From: Phoronis australis
Lineage: Eukaryota > Animalia > Phoronida
Direction of reading: 5' to 3'
Assembly: GCA_002633005.1 (NCBI GenBank)
Contig: NMRA01000066.1
Location: 828,441 to 892,440, forward strand
DNA length: 64,000 bases
The position numbers and the translations under genes were made by a program. Below, one piece after another: positions 28,001 to 40,371 of the stretch (positions within the stretch are counted from its first letter, which is position 1; every line of letters begins with the position of its first letter). Under the pieces are notes generated by a model. The model searched no databases. It worked only from the letters and a program-made list of their open reading frames with translations, and was not told the DNA's origin.

Positions 28001-31000
28001 TTTATATGGACATGCCCAACACTAAGCTTCATAATTCACAATAGAAACGTACATGTGTACAGCGGAATGAAATTTCTAAGAAAAAATACTATTCACGATT
28101 GCAAAATGTTCTTTGAAAAATGACACCACAGATCCGGGCTTTACTGAGAAAGGAAGCATTCTATTTGTACATACACATGTAGCATTTTTCCTTACACATG
28201 TACATGTATATACTTTGTAGAGTGTCACTTTACTATGAGGCTGTGACGAAAACGCTCATGATTGTTTGACTCAGTTGTATCTCACGAGACGTGATTAGTT
28301 TGCTGTAGGCACATTGCACATGCATGCAAAATATTAACAGTTTCATATGAAAGTGCAAACAGGGCACGCAATCCTATAGAAGGCTGCTTTAAGCTACATG
28401 ATTTTGCCCTGTTTGAGTGGCTCAAAACGAAATTGGAATTAAGCCGTTTACTCTCATAAAATAGATTTCTGATAATCCTTACCGTGGTACTATTCTAGTT
28501 CTGTTTGCAACAAGAACGTGGAAATCTTCAGCTACTCATGAAAGCGCTTAAAAGAGTTTATTGCGATTGACAACCAACTCTAAAATTGCGAATTAGAAAA
28601 TTGCGCGTGCACACATGCATGTATTGCCTGTGAGTTAAGTTGCTAGCTCATCCGGCTACGGCTCATTAAACCGTGAATTTTTTAATTTGTAGTAAGCACC
28701 ACCAACATGTTGAGTGACTTCTTGGAGAACTGCGTGTACAAGGTTACTCAGGAAATAAACTATTTGCAAATAAATTGCATTGACATATATCAAGAAAATA
28801 CTTCAACTGATACACTTAAAAGACGCATTGATGAACATATAAAAAACGAGCAATTCCAAATATTACGAAATCGTTTTTTCATAGTGAAATAAACAAATAA
28901 TGAAAATTGTGCTTAATTGTTTCATTAGGGTAACGATGAAATATGACCATACTCATTAAAAAATAGTCTCGCAAAACGAGACTTTCGTGAGAATGTAATG
29001 CACGGTAACTGGTTCTCGGATGGTATCCGCACACTTGAGGACCCGGGGTTGTTTGTAAATTTAGTACTTCATTTGCATATTCAAAATCTAATGAGACTAG
29101 GCATCTTTCAGATCGGGTGAGGGGAGGTCATGTTTTTAAATCCCAAAGCGCTTCGGATAAAGAATCCTATGTTGACAACCAAGTAGCAGCGCAGTGCAGC
29201 TCTCAACACGCGGCTTAGTTACATACGTGTAGCTTCTAACCGGTCCCCGACGTACATTTACTCTACAAATATAAACAGCTACACATATGCCGTTTTGGGG
29301 ACCTCCACAAACGTTTTACTTCTTCGAAATTTGTTGAGTGGGCCCCCGTGCAACATCCTAGATACGCCAGGGAGTTATCATGTTTCCTACTATATGTTCT
29401 GTCAAATACATGTATTGTAGTGTGCACCAGTACGGTACGCAAACGCTGGACAATTACAACGAAACTAGTGAAATTTATAACAATAAAATCTCTTTGGTAA
29501 ACGAAGATTAGTTGATTGCTTACGAAACTGAGTAGTTAATGTTAACCTTTTCCCACGAGTTTTAGAAAACAACTAATAATACTGCCGAAACTGAGAAGGC
29601 GACGCATCATTTACCTAGTTTGATTAACCAACGCCCACGTTGCTTTGTGGTTGCGATGGAAGAAAAGAAACGCAAACCAAAAGGATACAACAGGGAACAC
29701 TGGAGGTTAGTTTTGATTGCTATACGGAGCTATTTGTCTAAAAAACATGTCATATTTTTGTGAAACTATGTTCGTACAATTCACAGGGCTTTTGGGAGGA
29801 GTGAGAAAGCTCTAACCACGGCAGTTCCTTGCCTGTTAAAATCCGTTAAAATGGGGATTCGAGTTCAACGATGATTTTGTTTTCAGAGTACTAATTTGCA
29901 ACTTGAAAATTAAGAATAAAAATGAATTTTGAAATGATCTCAATTTGGTCGAGTTGACTCTCTCACTCGTCTGTCTGTGTCGAAAATAAAATAAGAATGA
30001 AGGGATTTATTGAGCCAAACTTAACACTTGTTAGACCGCAAACTGCCGCATCTGCAGGTTCTGTTGCAATCCTCACATGGCGGCAGTTTGTACAGACCTT
30101 CGACGCACAAATTGTCGTATAATAATTCGTTACAACCAATTTTGTTTTTTGGGGTTGCACAAACCGTGATAATCTTCACATGACGACAGCTCTATATGCA
30201 AAATTTAGATTGAGCACAAATTATCAAAATGTAAATAATCCACAACAATGTGCAGTAACAGGTTGTTTTCAATCTCGAACCGTTGACCATGGAGCTCTAG
30301 TTGAAAGAAGAGACAAGACCTCTGTCTCCCTTACCATTAAGATAGTGATATACATGTAGAGTCAATTTAAAATAAAGCCAGGTTTTAGGGCCCTTGGTCC
30401 CCCACCCTACAGACACGACCACTTGCACCTACATTCTCAGTAAAAACGTGAATAACACCCTTACACGGCATCCTAGGTCGGCCAGTGTTAACGGTTGCGA
30501 CGGTGATGTCAGGTTACTAAAGGTGATTTGGACAACGTCTTCAACCAAGAACATCATCCCTACCATAGCCCCTTCTCTCTTTGTTTTTAGACAACTACGG
30601 CTAGCAAAATGTCAGCTTTTATGGGTTGTCTTGAACACCTTTTGCTTTCGACGTGTGGTGCTTAGCTATATACACAAATCACAATGCAGGATAGTAGCTT
30701 CCTTATGAACATGCGCAGACAGACTTGGCGCCGGGACAAGAACGAGAGTTGGCGATTTGGAATCAAATTACAAAAGCAAAACAGATTTGTATAGTTTTTA
30801 AAGCTCTGGTCAAGGCTAACGCCTTCTGAGAAAGTTTATCATATTCAACAATTATCCGAAAATGCGTTTTTGACCGTACGACAATGTCCTTCTAATCAAG
30901 AAGTTGAATTTTCTTTGAAATCTTACTCTTTATAGTCTAATATCCTGGAACACCTTAAACAAGGGCAAAAATAAACTCATTCAATGAGGTACCCCTGACG

Positions 31001-31360
31001 CAGATAAAAGAGGCGAAACATGTTTTATCATGAAAGAATTATTTAACGCCAAGGGCTTATGATGGTTTAACTACTCATTACCAAAAACTTAGGTATGCCA
31101 TAAAATCAACCATGCGAAAGTTATTAACATTTGTACATGTAACTGTTACTCGCATACCTTTATGCAACGGGAATAGTTGCGACTCGGTGTGAGTAGTTTT
31201 TTACGGTGTTCGTAGACGTACCTTTTTCAAGCTGGCAATTTCGCTTATCACCAACTGGAAACTTCTGTTGGTCTTTTACCAAGGCTGTTTCCTCTGTTGC
31301 GATTACATAACCTAGCACAGGAAAGGCCACAAGGGCAGCAGCGAGAGCGAAGCATTGCAT
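19064..31360 (-). CDS. MPEG1: Macrophage-expressed gene 1 / perforin-2, paralog B; 5 coding exons, 746 aa
   Basis: Exons (minus): 31360-31222 (MQCFALAAALVAFPVLG...KFPVGDKRNC), 25679-25569 ([22 protein letters not shown]), 23449-23271, 22588-22142 ([15 protein letters not shown]), 20428-19064 (P2 domain, TM, EYGSV). Internal exon sizes 111/179/447 are identical to paralog A; total 2241 nt, open. Confidence 0.96.
21599..21809. repeat. Foldback/palindromic MITE (~210 bp)
   Basis: The two arms are reverse complements over almost the whole length (TATCGTT.GCCAAA.GG.TGAA.GTTACGCAC...); the left arm has an extra ~21-bp unit. Confidence 0.8.
23754..24115. mobile_element. Tc1/mariner-like MITE in MPEG1-B intron 2
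   Basis: TA|CAGCGT..AAAATGTATTCACACTTCA ... TGAAGTGTGAATACAATTTTGCCACCCTG|TA. Confidence 0.65.
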
Positions 31361-31413
31361 GTCTGCGCGATGACGATCTGGCTAATGCAGCAGATTGAGC
31401 GCAAGCCGGGTAG

Positions 31414-31494
31414 GCAAACCGAAACCACGTTATTGTTTCAGGTCTAGTTTCAACGCGGAAGTTAAATACTTGGGGAATTTTCATACGTCACGTC
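31414..31494 (-). promoter_or_regulatory. MPEG1-B proximal promoter motifs (IRF-, ETS-, kB- and CRE-like)
   Basis: GCAAACCGAAAC 31414-31425, GCGGAAGT 31455-31462, GGGGAATTTTC 31472-31482 and TACGTCAC at ~31484-31491, all within 140 bp of the ATG. Confidence 0.4.
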
Positions 31495-32956
31495 GTTCAA
31501 TTTTGCGGTATACCGGGGAGCGTTCCGTAAAAGTGAGAACATCACCATATAACACAAGAGTTGGCGAGATATCGCCATGCACCGCAAACAAAGCACGTGG
31601 TCGCTATTATTATCTGGCTTCCTACGGAACTCAACCCGGATATTTACTCGTCACTATTCTAAGCACGAAAATCATGAAATGGCTATTAACTGTTATATCA
31701 GTATGCCTTGCCTTGATAGCTACTGGTATTGTACCACCACCGAAAATTGAGACACTGCCAGCAATTCATCTGACGCAGCTAAATTTTGGAGCCGATGCGC
31801 AACTCTGGTGGGAAAATTGGTTTCTTGAAACTCTTCTTATACTTTCGAATGTCCAGATAATCTGATTAAGTGTGGAAATAATTCATTTTACCTCATAAAT
31901 AAAATACACAATGTCGTCTATGAATCATCCCACTTTCGCACTATACATGAACAGTCATGTAAAGGTGAACCCAAATGAGCCCTTAACAATAGAAAATAAC
32001 CTTGCCCGTCCTCCACATGGCAACACTATAATAACTTAAAAGGATGTCAAATCCGATTTAGACCAGTTGACTGGCTATCAATTAGTACCGTCTTCTTTTG
32101 TGTGTTATAGGCTGTACGTTACGTTGTAGTTTACATATCGAGAGAATGTTAAACTGTGTGCCACCGCTTTGGCTCCCAAGTTGATAAATTGTGTCACGTG
32201 ATACTAATGCGCTCTGTACTGTGTCTTAATATTTGAGCATAGTTATACAGTGAAAATATGAAAGTGAAAGTGGCTGTGCATTTTTTTATCAGACTGTGCT
32301 CGAATACATTATAGTTTTCGCAACGGTGTCGATAAATTCAAAGTGCTTTGTAAATACAATGAACTAAATTAAAAGGCTTGCTCAGTTAACTAGAAACTTG
32401 TTATCTTTAGTACCACAATTTTGCAAAATTTTCACGCAATGATTCTGGACTTGGTGAGTTGGAACTCGCTTCTTTAATTCTTGCGATCAAGTGAGTAAAA
32501 ATGGTTGATTCGGGTTGTGGAACATATCGTTTTGAACTTTGCCTCACTCCTGCGTTCAATGAAAAGATGTTAGCTTGCACTTGACTTTTCAAAAAAAGAT
32601 TTACATCCGAATTTGTGCGAGCGTCCTAATCGGTCTATTTGTTTTTTTTTTCCTTTTTGATTGAACAAAGATTTTAGAAAAGAACCCATAGATATGCATC
32701 ATTTGACAAAATATGAAGAGTCTTTATAAAGAAAAAGACTGGGATAATTACTTTTTAACCTTAAAAGTCAAACTTGTGGGTGATGTTAACGTAACTACCT
32801 AAGCATATGGTTTAGAAAGTTTTAAAGGTTTAATGCAAGTGCCTACAACATTTACGTACACATGTTAGCACATGCACTCGAAGTCCAAATTAAAGGGCAT
32901 AATATGTGAATTATGTATAGTTGAACTTGTGTATTTTACGGGTAAGTGAGGTTATA

Positions 32957-33175
32957 CATGCGCGCACCTAGGGGGTGGGGCTCGGGGGGACTCGAACGAC
33001 CACCCCCCCCCCCCATTTGGCAAAGTAGACAAAAAGGTCCCACTCAGAGAAACAAAACTGAGGGAAAATAGAAAACGAGACAAAAGTCCACTAAGAGGGA
33101 ACTACCAAAATTCGACAAATGCACAATTCATAACCATGAACGCAACCAATGAAACTTAGTAAAATGTCCACATTC
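32957..33175 (+). mobile_element. Left part of a MITE (TIR CATGCGCGCACC.AG)
   Basis: Internal aaaaggtcc..ctcagagaaacaaaa..gaaaacgagacaaaagtc.actaa is shared with 60612-60806. Confidence 0.55.
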
Positions 33176-33711
33176 TCACAAGCGCTCATTTTTAGGCTAT
33201 ATAAATTAGGCCAATTGGCATCACATCCTCGTTGAGTATACAATATTAAGTTTTTGTATTACTTGTGAACAGGAAACAAAAAATATAAATTACAATTTTG
33301 GGTATCTCGGCAGCAAATTTTCCTTGATACTATTAGAGCGTCTATATATATCTACAAGGCTATAGAATTGGATGTGAACAATTTTCGTAAAGCCAAGAAT
33401 TGAAATTAAAAGATTTACTTCACAGATTTCCATCTTCATCGTGACATACTACATGGTCATAAAACATACAAAAATCGAATTCAGATTTTATAGCGAAAAA
33501 AGATGGTGCAATTTCAAACTTTTGCTTTCAAGTATTTTGTGCGTATATCAGTCTATTTTGTCTTTTGCCGTTCTTGTTGTCGAGTGTAAGAAAGGCTAAA
33601 CATGTTTCAAGATAAAATGATAAGAAGAGCACCTTTTTACACGAGACAAATGCTGTATCAGTGAAACTTGTTAAATGTGACGATGTGGAAGTTCTCAATT
33701 TATTAAACATC

Positions 33712-33734
33712 CACTTCCGTTCCGGGAAAATCCC
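33712..33734. promoter_or_regulatory. Composite ETS / STAT-GAS / NF-kB element, candidate MPEG1-B enhancer
   Basis: CACTTCCG (ETS), TTCCGGGAA 33720-33728 (GAS) and GGGATTTTCC on minus 33734-33725 (kB consensus GGGRNWYYCC) abut or overlap, 2.4 kb upstream of the MPEG1-B ATG. Confidence 0.5.
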
Positions 33735-34291
33735 AACGATATACATTGTATTATTTGCTTGTAAAGACTTTGGACCAAGTTATTTGTGACAGAAATTCAA
33801 CGACAGAATAGATAACTCGACGTTTTATCCACCTTTTCTTAGTATGGTGGTAAGCATTGCCAATATCCCGACAAACAATGACTCGAGTTATTACTCTTTA
33901 AAAAAACTCTTCTTGGTGTAATTCGCTCCGTTGGCAAAATGTCACATCCACCAGTTGGTACATTTTTCTCCCACACATTGTGCTTAAAACCCAATTTCCT
34001 TCAGGTGTGTAAACTGAAATGTGTGCAGGATCAAATTTGGTTGATAAAATCGCGCGCCCTTCAGGGCTTTTCGACCTTCAAATGAAATGTGGAGACAACC
34101 GTCAACAAATGGCAAAGAAATGCCATCACTATCCCAACGATTTAACAGTTTTGAGTGCTCAATAGGTGATTTCTGCTGTGAATTTCACACCCACAGTCAC
34201 AGTAATATAAAAATTGTCGCATAAACGCATTCAAATTTTACCCCTTACACATAGATACATTTGCATGTACAAATACATACTGGTATATACA

Positions 34292-34294
<3 letters not shown>

Positions 34295-34371
<77 letters not shown>
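34295..34371. repeat. (AT)n microsatellite
   Basis: ~38 perfect AT units just 3' of EFCAB10. Confidence 0.98.
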
Positions 34372-34372
<1 letters not shown>

Positions 34373-34617
34373 CACAGACTAGAGGCAGGCAATTTCATGT
34401 GTTAACTTGATGGTCAGTGCACTGCTTCAGAATGATTATCTGAATGTATAAACATAAATTTATTTTAAAATAAAACTATATACAACAATATCAATACAAT
34501 TTTCACAATGTCGTCAGTCTCCACTCTCATCACATGAGTTGTATGCACAGTGCATTGCTACAGTCTTTATATCCAGGCTTCCACCACATAAACAGTAATT
34601 TTGTTCTTCTGCTCTCA

Positions 34618-37600
34618 TCACTCTGCAAATGTGGCAGAGGCGTGTGCCAGGCCTTGCTTTCTGAAAAATAAAAAGTTTGGAAGATTTAACACAACAGAGA
34701 AATTGGGCTAACATAATGCTAGATTTACCATCATTTTGGACAATTAGAGCAGTTATCATTTGAGTCCAAAAAGCCATTTACGAAATATGACATTTCAAAT
34801 TTATCCCAATTTTGACATTTTTCTAGGCCTAATACATGTATACTCTCCCATTCAAATTTCACTGCATTCTTTGGTGGCATTAACATCATTCTGATACGCA
34901 GTGAAATGCACAAGTCAAGTTGCCCCGTGGAGATGCTCAAGCACTTTATATAGACTGGGAAAAATCAACAAAGGAACAGCAATTGCAATTCACATTAACT
35001 CTCTTTTAATTTGTATCAGTTGAGGGAATATTCGCCATTCAACCAGGAAAAAGTTAAATGACACATGTAGTGTTTATAGTCCACAGTGTCTCTGAGAAGG
35101 AAACAATGTTGCCACAACCTTTATCTCTGTTTCCTGATCCTCAAATAAAAGCCTAGCCAATTATAAAACTCAAGCCGTTTAATTTGTCAAGAGTAATCTC
35201 AACCAGCAAGAAGCATTCATACAACTGTGATAACATTATAACATTTATATATCTGAAACCAAATAATGCCCCGTTAGTCTCCTTAACTCTTAAAAGTTTG
35301 AAGCACATTTGGAAACACAATAGAATATGTGCAAGGGTAATTGTAACCCTATCTATTATTCAGAGAACCTGAGCATTCCTAAGATTAGTCAACCAATAGC
35401 TGTGGGAAAGACTACCAAACATGAGAAACAGGATACATGTTGTGACTCAGTGAGACAGTGTTTAGCTGATTAGGTAATGCATTGGTCTTCAAAGGCAGGT
35501 AACAGTTGAGCAAAAACATGGAAGACGGTGCAATTTTGGCTGAAGCAGTAAAATTGGGCTAGTAGTCATGTCAATAATTGAACAATGACACTTGGCTTAC
35601 CTCAAAATCCAACTGCTGCCTGGTGGTTTGGTAATTGGCCCAGCAGAATTAATGAGGAACATATACCGTAATTGCGATATTAAACAAGTGTTTTAGGTAG
35701 TAAAAGTCGCATTCCTAGTCAAATTTTCAAAAAATTCAAAAACCTAATCATGTGTGCTTTTCAAGAAGTATTTAAAAACGCTATTTACAAACCTTAAAAA
35801 CACTATTGTCTCCTCTACAGTGTTTATGATGGTCTAATTATCTAGATAATGATAAAAAACTGAGGTGACTTAGTTAACCACAACAGCATGGTGTCTTTGA
35901 TCTGAACCAGCAAATTCTGCAGCACACAAACCGGTCGAGATCCCCAATCTAAACCAATTAGCGTATCAACGTAGGATTCTTTTCATGGTTATAGCCTTAA
36001 AACACAAACTCACAGGACTCTACCTTACTGAATTTGCCAGCAAAAGGAACTATTTAGTAAAAAGGGTGCAAGTGGGCTGGTGCATTTTGAAGTGGACCAA
36101 GTATGTATCTTAGGCCCAAGCCAAGGCCAACTGCACTGACCAAAAAGATTCATGAGTAGACAATCAATCTGCTTGTTTTCCAGACGAAGTCGGCAAAGTT
36201 GCTAATGCCTGTGTAGAGTAGATGCTTTTTAGGTAAGAGCACATGAAAATTAAGCAACTTTCCTCTCAAGCATATGATGTGTTGATTAAGTACTGTAGTA
36301 TGTTGTAAACTAGACCGTTAGATGAATGTCTACTAAATATACAACATGGAGTCTCAGCTTCCATGCTGCATTGAAGTTTGAGCATGTCATTTGGCTTGTA
36401 AGAGTAAGAATATGTAGGACCTTTTTGGCAAGTCTGTGTCATTAGTCAAATATCTACAGATCAACAGATTTTAGCACATTGAAAGTATTATTTTTTTAAA
36501 GTAGAAAGACTGAAGAATTTGATTTTTTTTTTACTTTTTACTAATATGCCAATAATAGGAACATGTGACCGTGTCCTTTTAGAAAAATCTAGCAAAAAAC
36601 AAAGGCACATTGACAGCAAAACAAAGGTATCAACAGCGTGATCAAATTTTGTTTGTTATAAATCTTAAGGATGAAATCTCAAACCGCTGTCACAGTTACC
36701 TAAACTATCATCATTTCTTCTTGCAAACTCAGTTTTTTTCATGAAAATCATAAAAGTCCTCTTTTTCATATTCCCTCATGTAAAAGTGAAAGACTTTAAA
36801 AACAACTCGTATGAGCGCTTTGTAAAAGTGTATGAAGCATAGTATCCGAGTCAGACCGGCCATTTCTGAGACGATGTTCCAACCACGGTTACCTAAATCT
36901 GGACATTTTGAGGGATTCTAAATAACCTTATAACCCTAAAAAGGGTTACAAGCCATTAGGAAATCTTGCATTAACATATCAGAATTTACTTACGCTTCTC
37001 TTGTAAATATATCTACGGAGATTTTATCCACATCACAACCTGATGGGTTCTGGTCGTACTTTTCCACACCAAGAGTTTTCATGGCTGAAGAGATGAAGTA
37101 AAATAAAAGTAAAGATAAAATTTAGGCAAAGAATAAAAACATAAACTTAATGAAATGCACACATATGTCATGAAACTAAGATAAGGCAATAATCTAAGAA
37201 GACATTCGTAGTGCTTCCAGGATGGTTTTAACAATTAGTGGAAATCGCGAGCTTAAATAGTTAGCACTGTATAAACACTGGAATGACTACTACCAATACA
37301 ACCAATGTTGTCATAACATACCTCATTACCATTATTACAATTAAAGTTTTCATTATCAAAATTCATTATTATTAATATCATTCTTCACAAATGAAATTCA
37401 CAAAAATCTGTGAAATTAAAAGCTGTGTGTAATGCACTATTCTTACTTTAATGGTACAAATTTCCAAACTGTGTTTTGCTTCTCTAAATATAACAGGTGA
37501 CAGTATTACACTCATCTGTGACATAATAAAGAACTTAGCACTTTAAAATGTCACAGACAGCAGTGTATTTAAAGCAGTACTTTTTACTCCTAATCAAAAC

Positions 37601-39391
37601 ACATTTAATGAGCTTCAATGTAGGGAAGGTCCAAAACCAAGATTAAGGTCACAGCAGAGAGTATTGCTACTGACTCGCAAATTTGTCCAGTGTTAGATGC
37701 ATTTTGTGTCACTTCTGAGAAAAAATGAACTTGGCAAGAAATTATGCGGGAGGTTATTTTTTCTTTAAACGGTGAATTTCAGATTTCAAAATGAGTCGGG
37801 CACAGACCTGAAACAAGTATACAATTCTATTTGAATTTTACTCACATCACACTGACAAATCATTGTGAAGATTGATCTCAAAAGGCTGGAATTTAATGGC
37901 ACGTGCCATTTTTGTCACATACCCAATATGGCAGTCAGTCTACTCTAATAGATATAGAGAGTTCTACTACTGAACACTAGAGGGAGACATAGGTTGGTGG
38001 TCAGTGACTTTTAACTGCTATCTAATTTACCAATTGAAAACCTATATACTGAATGCTCTGCGTTACCTTCTTTATATTGCTGGAAGGATATGTAACCTCT
38101 TTTTGTCGGGTCAAGCATTCCAAACACAGACTCCACATTACTTTCATCAAATATACACGGATACTCATAGCGTGTTGTCCTGGCTTTCATGAGCTTTTCC
38201 AATAACTCTATCAGGAACTTTTTCGGTTGTACTGAAACAAAACAAATCCTAAAATAAGCTTCTTGAAAACCTCTTCTTTAAAGCTATGCACAGCACTATC
38301 ATTGAAAACCATTGGTTTGGTTCATGCTTTTGTGCGAAACCTTTTATTTTTTTGTTTTTGATACATGCATGTCCCTAGCTGCACATGATAAAAAGCATAA
38401 ACCAAATGGAGTACAATGACTTGTCAACAGGACAATTTCCTGCTGTTAATTTGATGTTTTCCAGTTTGAAGTCTGAAATATCAGCTTTATCTTATCCGCA
38501 CTGTGTCAGCTCTTTAAGAAAGGGCAGATTTTTTAATACAGATTATAGGAAAGAAACAGACATGGAAGCATTGGACCAAAAACAACGACTTCAAGATTGT
38601 ACAAATTGTTTCAAGAATTGGAGGTAAAAGTTCAAGCAAGTTGGGAATAACTTTTATGTCAATAAATGAACATGCAGAGCCAATTATACACATTGCCTGA
38701 GCTCTGTATCTTGTGACAAAACAAAATAGAACACTGTATAATGGAATTTGGAGTGTCATATTTAAAAATCAAAGCCTTGAGGTAGAACGCACAAATACAT
38801 TTTTGGGTTTGGAGAGGATAGCTAGTCCAATTAGTGGTGGCTTGGGTCGAACGCTGCGGAAGGTTGAAAATCATTGGTGTTGTTCACATACAATAGGTGT
38901 AGCCACACTTGTGAAGCCATCTCTAATTGCCATACTCCACACAACAGGATCTTAGACCAGATAGCTTGAGAAACTAGTCTCTGGATCACAGCCGGAATTA
39001 CGAAGTACAACCTGCCGTACTGAAATGGGTCAAGTTTCTCAGCTTCTTGATCGATTTAATTTTGCAAATACATCATGTCAATGTATGCAGAAATCTACAG
39101 AGTTGATACGAAAGAATAATATAGAGAGGAAAGTGTTGAAGAAGCGTCCGAGTGTCACGTCAGCTGAGCTGAGACAGTGTCACTGTCAGTGAGGGTGAGG
39201 GAGTCACTTAACAAGAAAACCTACGATATTCTCATAAAACAAAAATATCGTAAAAATTGAGTCTTACATGGTCTGTGATAGATTAGTTGTGCTGTGAAGT
39301 TATTTAGAAGCTCAGGAATTCGATGCTTCGCCAAATATTCGTCTGCTTCTATCTGTCTAGGAGGAACTCTATTCTCACTGGTGTTCGCCAT
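34618..39391 (-). CDS. EFCAB10: EF-hand calcium-binding domain-containing protein 10 (N-terminal docking/dimerization helix pair + EF-hand); 4 exons, 140 aa
   Basis: Exons (minus): 39391-39268 (MANTSEN...EADEYLAKHRIPELLNNFTAQLIYHRP), 38231-38067 (QPKKFLIELLEKL...FDESNVESVFGMLDPTKRGYISFQQYKE), 37084-36994 (AMKTLGV...KISVDIFTREA), 34660-34618 (KQGLAHASATFAE*). Phases are consistent; AATAAA on minus at 34464-34459. Motif order matches recalled EFCAB10. Confidence 0.9.
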
Positions 39392-39510
39392 TTTGAAACT
39401 GTTGTCACGACAACAACGCAATGCATTAGGGGAGAAGAGCGCCACCGTTTGACAATTTAGAAGGAAGTCTTGCGTTGCGCATGTATAACCGATTGTTTGA
39501 AAATGGCCGC
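39386..39510. promoter_or_regulatory. Bidirectional EFCAB10/CEP83 promoter with RFX X-box
   Basis: X-box-like near-palindrome GTTGTCACGACAAC at 39401-39414; YY1-like AAAATGGC motifs pointing outward on both strands (39395-39386 and 39500-39510); NRF1-like TGCGCATG at ~39476-39483. Confidence 0.7.
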
Positions 39511-39545
39511 TTGCAGACGTTTTTGACGTCTAAGAAAATAGCAAG
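39480..39545 (+). other. Putative non-coding first exon of CEP83 containing a 7-codon uORF (39503-39526)
   Basis: AAAATGGCCGC (YY1-like) followed by donor AAG|GTACA at 39545/39546. An acceptor AG at 42281-42282 lies 9 nt before the CEP83 ATG. The TSS is not determined. Confidence 0.5.
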
Positions 39546-40371
39546 GTACATTTACCGTTATTCTGAACACATTTTGAAAGTCCAATCATAAAAAATCTGT
39601 TGGAGACCTTCTTGATTTAAATACGACCATCGTGAAAACAATGTTAATGATTGGAACAAAAACACCGGAGTTGTGTGAAAAATGAGTTGTCAAACCGATG
39701 TGCTTAGCCTAGTCCTCGGCTTAGCCTGACTGAAGTTGAAATGGAGAGTACTGACTTGCTGGTCCACCAACTGCGACCCTGTCCTCTAGACTTAGCCTAG
39801 AGCAGCGTTGTTATTCTCATCGGTAGCTTGCCAACTTTTACCAATCACTGGGAGCTGATGATAACTTTTGACCGAACCGAATTCCGAATACACTGAAAAA
39901 CAGAAAGATAAACTTATAAGAAATAAAAAGGGTACTAGTAATAGTAATACTACTAATACAACAATAGCCAGATGCATGTCATAAATACTTGATTTGAGTG
40001 CCAGTTACTCCCACTGAATAACAGGCATTATTCAGTAGTAGTAAATGGTTCTCAAATCAATTTCAAATAGGGCTCAGCTGTCTGAATCTCTTAAACAAGT
40101 TCATTTAAAGGCGAAGGCAACCTTTTTCCATGTCATTTTGAGCGAAAATAAGGTTGGTTGGTTATCCTAGACATATTTTCCACTTAATTACAGCTTTTCG
40201 TAATTTTATTAATTACTCGACCGCTACTCCGGAAGTGACGTTTTAGGAGGCAAGCATTTCGCGCCAATTTCTTTTCATATAGTCTGACTGAGAGCTGCCG
40301 AGTCAGTCGTTGTTCTACCTCGGTTGTGTTAAGTTCCGTCGTCATTTGCTTTTGTTTACAAGTCAGTCAGC

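Noticed and set aside
33895-34015. Minus-strand peptide STMCGRKMYQLVDVTFC resembling an insulin B chain
   Set aside because: Cys spacing is off by one, and no in-phase signal exon or CC-containing A chain was found.
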